Source: an uncultured bacterium (GTDB lineage: Bacteria > GCA-001730085). From it: a stretch of 32,000 nt of DNA. Of this stretch, positions 26,783 to 32,000 are shown piece by piece; positions within the stretch are counted from its first letter, which is position 1, and each line of letters starts with the position of its first letter. The position numbers were made by a program, and so were the translations under genes. Below the pieces are notes generated by a model, which had not been told where the DNA came from, made no database searches, and saw only the letters and a program-made list of their open reading frames with translations. Location: contig CAZMGY010000025.1 in NCBI GenBank assembly GCA_964565945.1, positions 4,315 through 36,314 on the forward strand. The letters are read 5' to 3'.

Positions 26783-28396
26783 GCAAACGTATTGGTCACG
26801 CCTCCTAAGGATAAAAATGATGATTTTTCTCCAAGCTCGGGAGTTACAGTTTGGGAGTTTCCTGAGTGGTTCGTAAGTCAAGATGTAAAAAAAGGTGATT
26901 CTAAAACAAGATCACGTTATCTTGTTCATAAAACATCATTAAAGAGAAATAAATCTGAAGGTTTAGATCGTAATAAATACTCGGTTGTACCTGTTCGTTT
27001 TGTAAGAGCATGCAGAAAAGGACATATTGGTGATATAAACTGGCCAAAATTTGTCCATGGCGATGTTGACTGTAAAAGACAACTTTATATGGAAGAAAGA
27101 GGAAGAAGTGGTGACCTTTCAGAAATATTTATAAAGTGTGAATGTGGAAAGTCGCAATCATTACTTGAAGCAAGTAAAATGGATCAACATGCAATTGGCC
27201 CATGTGATGGGCACAGGCCATGGCTTGGTAACTGGGCAGAGGAAAAATGTGGAAAGCCAAATCGGTTATTAATTAGAAATGCTAGTAATGCCTACTTTCC
27301 TCAGATGATGAATGTTATTTCAATTCCTGCGAACGAAGATATTATTTCTGTTGATCTCGATAAAGTTTGGAATGATGTTAAAGAAGTGGAATCTTTAAGT
27401 GAGTTAAATCAACTTTTTAAATTTAATAAAAGTGCAAAAGAAAAACTATCTGCATATACTCCCGAGCAGATTTTTTCTTCTATAGAAGAAAAAAAGAATA
27501 ATTCAAGAAATAACTCTTATAAACCTGTAAAGCAAGCTGAACTTGAGACACTTTTACTTAGTACCGATGAAATTGGAGAAGATAAACCTGATGGTGCTTT
27601 TTTTGCAAGAAATCTTCCTCGTGAGAAGTGGGATCGACCTTGGATGGAGACTATTGACCGTGTGGTCTTAGTTCACAGACTAAGAGAAGTAACAGCGCAA
27701 GTTGGATTTACTCGTTTTGAGGCTGCCGCTCCTGACATATCAGGCGAACTTGACCTTGATATAAACGTAAAACGAGCCGATATTGCAAGAGAATTAAAAT
27801 GGCTCCCTGCTGTAGAAAATAGAGGTGAAGGAATTTTCCTTTCTTTTAACAAAGATGCCATTGAGAAATGGGTAAAGAAACCTGCGGTTATTGCACGATC
27901 AAAAAAAACTCGAAGAAGGTTTTTATAAATGGGCTGATGAGGCAAAGTCAAAAAGAGAGTTTCCAGGCCTTCCATACTACTTACTACATTCAATTTCTCA
28001 TTTATTAATTACTGCGGTGTCATTGGATTGTGGCTATCCTGCTAGTTCTATAATAGAGCGTGTATATGGAGAAGAAAATAGCCAAGGTTACGGTATTTTA
28101 CTCTTTACAGGCAGTCCGATGCAGAAGACACTCTGGGAGGCTTAATTGAAGTTGGTCGAAATATTCACAAGCATTTAAAATCAGCTTTGGAAATGGCTGA
28201 GTTATGTTCCAATGATCCTGTTTGTGCCCATCATTCACCTCCAAACCCTCATGAAAAAAGATATTTAATGGGAGCCGCTTGTCATAGCTGTCTACTCATT
28301 GCGGAAACTTCTTGTGAAATGCAGAATAATCATCTTGATCGTGCTTTAGTTATTCCAACTGTGGAAAATTTAGGTGCGGAATTTTTTAGGCCGTGA
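26783..28396 (+). pseudogene. drmB: DrmB-like DUF1998 protein gene (DISARM-type), 5'-truncated and split by two frameshifts
   Basis: Three track ORFs (frames 2/0/2) join into one protein. The N-terminal and middle parts read ...WEFPEWF...VPVRFVRACRKGHIGDINWPKFVH...CKRQLYMEERGRSGDLSEIFIKCECGKSQS...LLHSISHLLITAVSLDCGYPASSIIERVYG. The C-terminal part reads GSP(D)AEDTLGGLIEVGR...CSNDPVCAHH...GAACHSCLLIAETSCEMQNNHLDRALV (the DUF1998 Cys4 signature). The shifts are at the A8 tract 27901-27908 and near 28118. No start codon exists after the tmRNA. Confidence 0.7.
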
Positions 28397-29134
28397 CTAT
28401 GAGTGATATATTAAAAGATTTAACATCTTCAAGTATTTACGACATTATTGAAGCATTGAATGGAAAAAGAATTTCTCATCCATTTACTTCAATTACACTA
28501 TCAAGGTTTTTACCTAAATTAATATCTGAGGATATCTCAATTTATCTAAATGAGATGATTGCCAAAGGATTTAATGAAGTAACTTTGGCGATTACTTTGG
28601 AATTGGTAGCAAAGGAAAGGGAAAGTTGGAAAAACTTAAATGGTGACTCTGTTGATTTAGTATCGACTGGTCCAGAAGTTATTGAATAGACCTCAAAAGA
28701 TACGAGCGTTGTAGTGCGTGAACTTTTTCAATCAGCAAAACAGGAAGTTGTTTTATCAGGATATACTGTTTATCAAGGGCTTTCCGTTTTTAAGGCTCTT
28801 GCAGAGGCAATGGATGAAAATAAAAATCTTACTGTGAAGATGTATTTAGATGTAAAGCGCGAATATCGAGACACTAAAACAGAAAATGAAGAAATTTTAA
28901 AGGCTTTTATTGATCGCTTTTAAAATGAACAATGGCCGGGAAAACCATTTCCTGAAATTTACTATGATCCAAGGTCTTTAGTGAAAGACCCTAAAAAGAG
29001 ATCGTGCTTGCATGCTAAATGTGTTGTTATTGATAAAAAGGTTTCTTGTTCGTTCTGAGTGGCTTGCTCAAAAGCTTACTGCCCAGTTTCAAAAATTAGC
29101 AGAAGCTTCAATTATTGAAAAGATTGATTTTTAA
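28393..29134 (+). pseudogene. drmC: DrmC-like phospholipase-D-family nuclease gene with in-frame stops and internal deletion
   Basis: One frame reads ...VDLVSTGPEVIE*TSKDTSVVVRELFQSAKQEVVLSGY...AFIDRF*NEQWPGKPFPEIYYDPR...CLHAKCVVIDKKV (the HxK(x)4D half of HKD). It then shifts to LVRSEWLAQKLTAQFQKLAEASIIEKIDF*. The expected GSxN segment between these parts is absent. Confidence 0.65.
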
Positions 29135-29177
29135 TTTAATAAAATATAGAATTTCACAATAGAAGTAAGGAGGGAAT

Positions 29178-29291
29178 ATGTCTATTTGCTTAGTTAAAAC
29201 TGTTGCAATATATAGACATTACGAAGAACTTATAGAGGGGATACAAGCAGCGATACCGCAACAAAGAGGTTCAAGTTTGGTGAAATCTTAA
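29178..29291 (+). CDS. Small ORF (37 aa) with strong SD, function unknown, possibly a gene fragment
   Basis: TAAGGAGGGAAT-ATG gives MSICLVKTVAIYRHYEELIEGIQAAIPQQRGSSLVKS*. No recognisable family. It lies in the junction between two decayed systems. Confidence 0.2.
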   Translation: MSICLVKTVAIYRHYEELIEGIQAAIPQQRGSSLVKS

Positions 29292-29299
29292 TGAATGTC

Positions 29300-29530
29300 T
29301 TACCTCAAACTCTTTCAAGAAAAGTTTTAAAGTTCTCTAAAGTGTTCTTCGTAATTGGGCTTTTCTCTAACAAGGAACTTGTTTTTAAGGTCAATGAGTA
29401 TATATTGAGAAATCATGGAACATTCTTATATTCTATTCAAATCCTCATCACCTAAATAAAGGTTTTTATCTCCCAAAACCTTTAATAAAGTATATATTTC
29501 GCTCCATTCACCTTTATTTCCTGTAATCAT
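29300..29530 (-). pseudogene. Truncated restriction endonuclease relic, HpaII-family-like N-terminus
   Basis: Its ATG overlaps the methyltransferase stop (ATGA). The translation MITGNKGEWSEIYTLLKVLGDKNLYLGDEDLNRI* (stop at 29426) matches my recollection of the HpaII-family N-terminal NKGEWSE...LKLL.DGKLY motif. Roughly 270 or more codons of a normal enzyme are missing. Confidence 0.5.
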
Positions 29531-30576
29531 ATAAGATTAATCCTTTCAAGTATCTTTTTTGCCATTGCCTGAATAGCAGGAACAGCAACAGAATTACCAA
29601 ACTGTTTATATGCTTGTCCATCAGAAACCACAATTTTAAATTTATCAGGATAACCTTGTAATCTTGCCCACTCTCTAGGGGTCATTTTGCGTATACCTTC
29701 CCGATTTACTTCTCCTTTAATATGCGTCACAGGAATAAAATTAGTTAATTTCTTATCAATAACCAAATTTCTTTCTCTGCCCATACCACCAACAACAATT
29801 GCATTTGATATCCCTGTATCTTCTATAATTTCATATCCAAAGCCATTGCCCTTACTTTCATGTCTTGCCTTATGATTTTTAAGAGTTTCTAAATATTGTG
29901 TTGATAAATAATACTTAACAGAAACTTCCTTTTCTTCTAAAATATCTTTGACTTTAACTTTAATATCAAGCGAAGACGGATATTCAAAATCTTTAATACC
30001 TAAGTCACCTCTAAATCCAACAATAAAAATTCTTTCTCTATTTTGAGGAACTCCAAAATCTTTTGCATTAATAGTTTGAGGGTCTGGCACATAATAGCCT
30101 AAATCATTTCTTAAAACATGTAATATTGTAGATAAAGTTTTTCCTTTATCATGATTAAGTAAACCTTTTACATTTTCAAGAAAAAAAGCTTTAGGCTTTT
30201 TCCTCTTTATAATTTCTGCAACATCAAAGAAAAGAGTACCTCTTATATCTTCAACCCCCCCCCTTTTACCAGCTATTGAAAAAGCCTGACAAGGAAAACC
30301 TGCACACAATATATCAAAATTATCCGGGATATAACTCTTTGTTTCTTCCTTTGTGATATCAGCAAAGGGAATTTCACCAAAATTAGCTTCATATGTCTTT
30401 TTTGAATATGTATCCCATTCACTTGTAAAGATACATTTGCCACCTAAATTTTGAAATGCAAGTCTAAAACCACCTATACCAGCAAACAAGTCAATAAATT
30501 TAAATTTAGGGGATTCAAATTCAGGAAATGGGATATTTTTTTTTAAATCGTTAATTGATATCGTTTCTAACTTCAT
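29527..30576 (-). CDS. DNA (cytosine-5)-methyltransferase, intact
   Basis: All canonical motifs are present: I FIDLFAGIGGF, IV GFPCQAFS, VI ENVKGLL, VIII QNRERIFIVG, IX/X REWARLQGYP and GNSVAVP. Preferred start is ATG 30576 (MKLETISI...) with GAGAGG 7 nt upstream. Confidence 0.9.
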   Translation of the reverse strand: MKLETISINDLKKNIPFPEFESPKFKFIDLFAGIGGFRLAFQNLGGKCIFTSEWDTYSKKTYEANFGEIPFADITKEETKSYIPDNFDILCAGFPCQAFSIAGKRGGVEDIRGTLFFDVAEIIKRKKPKAFFLENVKGLLNHDKGKTLSTILHVLRNDLGYYVPDPQTINAKDFGVPQNRERIFIVGFRGDLGIKDFEYPSSLDIKVKVKDILEEKEVSVKYYLSTQYLETLKNHKARHESKGNGFGYEIIEDTGISNAIVVGGMGRERNLVIDKKLTNFIPVTHIKGEVNREGIRKMTPREWARLQGYPDKFKIVVSDGQAYKQFGNSVAVPAIQAMAKKILERINLI

Positions 30577-30949
30577 AAATAAGCCTCTCAATTTTTTCAA
30601 AACAAACACTTAAGTTTTTCTTAATTTCTTTGCCCCAAAATCTTAAAACCCTCTACCCAGCTCTTTCTATATTTTTTTTAATTTTATTATGCCAAAAATC
30701 CACATTGCTCTTGTGGTCATATTTTCTTTTTTCCCAGTCTTTTCCCTACCACAATTCACTACCACAAAAGATTGCTATTCTCAAAGACTTAAATGTTAAA
30801 TCCGGCTTACCAAAAACAGTTTTATCATTTTTTCTATATCGGTATCCCTTATGCCAGAGAGCTTTTGCAAGTTCTTGTTCTATCTTAGAACCTTTATTTT
30901 TAACAGCTCTCATATTTTTTTGTCTTTGTTCTTTCGTTAATTTATTCAT
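30551..30949 (-). pseudogene. vsr: Very-short-patch repair endonuclease (Vsr) gene with two in-frame TAG stops and a ~10-codon deletion
   Basis: MNKLTKEQRQKNMRAVKNKGSKIEQELAKALWHKGYRYRKNDKTVFGKPDLTF...IAIFCGSELW*GKDW...VDFWHNKIKKNIERAG*RVLRFWGKEIKKNL. Compare E. coli Vsr TRSKNMRAI...GRPDFVV...VIFTHGCFWHHH...FWLEKIGKNVERDRRDISRLQELGWRVLIVWE. The frame ends overlapping the MTase start. Confidence 0.75.
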
Positions 30950-31045
30950 AAGAATACCAAAATAAAACTTTGCAAAAAATTATAATATAAGATAGACAAA
31001 ATCGGAAGGCTAAAACATTTAAACTCACGCAATTTTCAATAAACA

Positions 31046-31110
31046 AGTTCTAACATTGTCTAACCAGCGACCCTTTTCGAGCACTCCAGCAAGTAAGACC
31101 CGCAAAATGA
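31046..31110 (-). repeat. Decayed copy of an internal segment of the neighbouring gene (compare 31735-31800)
   Basis: CCAGCGACCCTTTTCGAGCACTCCAGCAAGTAAGACCCGCAAAATGA aligns by eye with CCCAACGACTCTTTTCGGTACTCCAGCGAGTAATACCCGCAAACGGA (codons PFAGITRWSTEKSRWVG). Orientation is the same, identity is roughly 80%, and there is one indel. Confidence 0.55.
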
Positions 31111-31119
31111 AATAGTAAT

Positions 31120-31156
31120 ATAAAAAAGAAAAACCCCCTGGTTTTCACCATGGGGT
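31120..31156 (-). terminator. Rho-independent terminator of the 31188-32000 gene
   Basis: The minus strand reads CCCCATGGT-GAAA-ACCAGGGGG (9-bp stem with one mismatch, GNRA tetraloop) followed by TTTTTCTTTTTT, about 30 nt after the stop codon. Confidence 0.65.
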
Positions 31157-31187
31157 TTTCACAAATTTCTTCTGTATCCCATCGCTC

Positions 31188-32000
31188 TCAGGCGCTATAC
31201 AAGGTCGAGTTCCGTTCAAACGTTTGAGCTAAGCTTACTCCTTTAATGACCCATGTTCCCTCCACAATAGCAGAGAAAGATGCTCCTCTTTGCTTAGCAT
31301 CCAACGTATTTTGAGCCATATTAATCAATAATAATAGCTTATGAACAAGTCTTTGCAGATCTTTGTTACCAATAGCTTGGGCCAGCTTAATAGCCTCACC
31401 CAAACCCTTTACCGAATCACTAGGAACAGCCAGCGCCTCTAAACCCAAATCTTGAATCGTACCAACATTATTCTGGTACGCCCTTAATCCTAGCACTAAA
31501 TCTTCTAACTCGCTCACCTTCCTGTTAGCCATTGCTAAAGCATGAACTTTAGCATTGAATGCACCCAGAGCTATAATATACGCCTTACTATCCGCCGTAA
31601 TAGCCTCAGAAGTTAAACCATAGCGGGTAAGCATTTCTGCTTCCGAGGTAGCCCCAGCTTCTGTCATCATCAAAGCTTTGATACCTTCAAACAAAGCCGT
31701 ATATTCAAACACAGCCTCCGAAGGAAAGCTTTCTTTAACTCGAACAACTCCAACCCAACGACTCTTTTCGGTACTCCAGCGAGTAATACCCGCAAACGGA
31801 CTATCTTCTGATTTATCAGTAAGATAAACTGTTTCTGTTTTAAGCTCACCACCACCCGTTTCTCTAAACTGAACTTGTTTTTGAGTTATACCGCGAGCGC
31901 CAGTATCAAAAGGCCTAGCTTGACCTTTAAATCCTTGAACACGACTAGCAACTTCTAGGCTTACCAATTCCCCCCCCAAATCTAAGGTTAAGTAACTACC
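31188..32000 (-). CDS. Hypothetical protein, C-terminal 270 or more codons (frame remains open to the window edge)
   Basis: Long ORF; the codons upstream of the track's TTG start are still open to position 32000. Ala/Leu-rich, probably helical C-terminal half. No family recognised. A strong terminator lies downstream. Confidence 0.5.
   Translation of the reverse strand, partial: GSYLTLDLGGELVSLEVASRVQGFKGQARPFDTGARGITQKQVQFRETGGGELKTETVYLTDKSEDSPFAGITRWSTEKSRWVGVVRVKESFPSEAVFEYTALFEGIKALMMTEAGATSEAEMLTRYGLTSEAITADSKAYIIALGAFNAKVHALAMANRKVSELEDLVLGLRAYQNNVGTIQDLGLEALAVPSDSVKGLGEAIKLAQAIGNKDLQRLVHKLLLLINMAQNTLDAKQRGASFSAIVEGTWVIKGVSLAQTFERNSTLYSA

Larger units (their letters stand above)
26703..31045. 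mobile_element. Degraded genomic island adjacent to the ssrA 3' end (no integrase, no recognisable attR)
   Basis: At the tmRNA end there is an abrupt switch to visibly AT-richer sequence and to defence-type genes (DUF1998, PLD, C5-MTase, Vsr, HpaII-type REase). The right edge is placed where a relic of the flanking gene family begins (31046). Confidence 0.5.

Noticed and set aside
26365-26799. A 144-aa minus-strand ORF, and the first ~75 codons of the plus-strand ORF 26558-27928, both covering the tmRNA gene
   Set aside because: They overlap a structurally well-supported tmRNA (acceptor and T arms, tag frame). Their translations are low-complexity with no family resemblance. The genuine DrmB-like similarity starts only downstream of the tmRNA.
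28687-30748. Several internal stops in the island genes are TAG (drmC 28687, vsr 30746 and 30650 region), which raised the idea of TAG reassignment
   Set aside because: TAG clearly terminates intact core genes at conserved C-termini (ECF sigma at 7702-7704, mnmD at 9803-9805, dUTPase-like at 9219-9221). The same island genes also carry frameshifts, TAA stops and deletions.
30630-30965. 111-aa plus-strand ORF antisense to the vsr relic
   Set aside because: It is a hydrophobic, low-complexity translation of AT-rich antisense sequence with no SD. The opposite strand has clear Vsr similarity.
1-32000. Looked for CRISPR arrays, IS elements or transposases, integrases, rRNA genes and toxin-antitoxin pairs
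   Set aside because: I found no regularly spaced direct repeats, no terminal inverted repeats flanking an ORF, no DDE, tyrosine or serine recombinase motifs in any frame I read, and no rRNA-like sequence.

Overview
Moderately AT-rich bacterial chromosome segment; the lineage cannot be identified from the sequence alone. From 1 to 26.1 kb it is a housekeeping block, almost entirely on the minus strand. It contains ileS (5' part), punA, a prepilin-like protein, tsaD, an rSAM/selenodomain cluster (two transferases plus arsS), an ECF sigma factor with a secreted YHS-domain protein, and a dimeric dUTPase-like gene (the only plus-strand CDS). It continues with arsC, mnmD, rmuC, tRNA-Met(CAU), tRNA-Leu(GAG), a TIGR01212 radical-SAM gene and serA. 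Next comes the heat-shock operon hrcA-grpE-dnaK-dnaJ with a near-perfect CIRCE operator, then an M50 protease, an OmpA-like lipoprotein, a LysM/M23 peptidase and a tldD/pmbA pair. A tmRNA gene (ssrA, 26267-26702, plus strand) ends this block. Directly after its CCA end lies a visibly more AT-rich island of about 4.3 kb with no integrase, built from defence genes that are nearly all dead. These are a DISARM-like drmB (DUF1998) relic, a drmC (PLD) relic, and an HpaII-type vsr-M-R cassette in which only the cytosine-5 methyltransferase is intact. The core block also carries gene relics that the ORF track misses (amt, arsM and nuoF, plus possible arsR-like and MshEN-like fragments). Together these suggest ongoing reductive evolution. 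I found no CRISPR array, rRNA gene, transposase or integrase, and no convincing intact novel multi-gene system. The most unusual content is the decayed defence island with its surviving orphan methylase.
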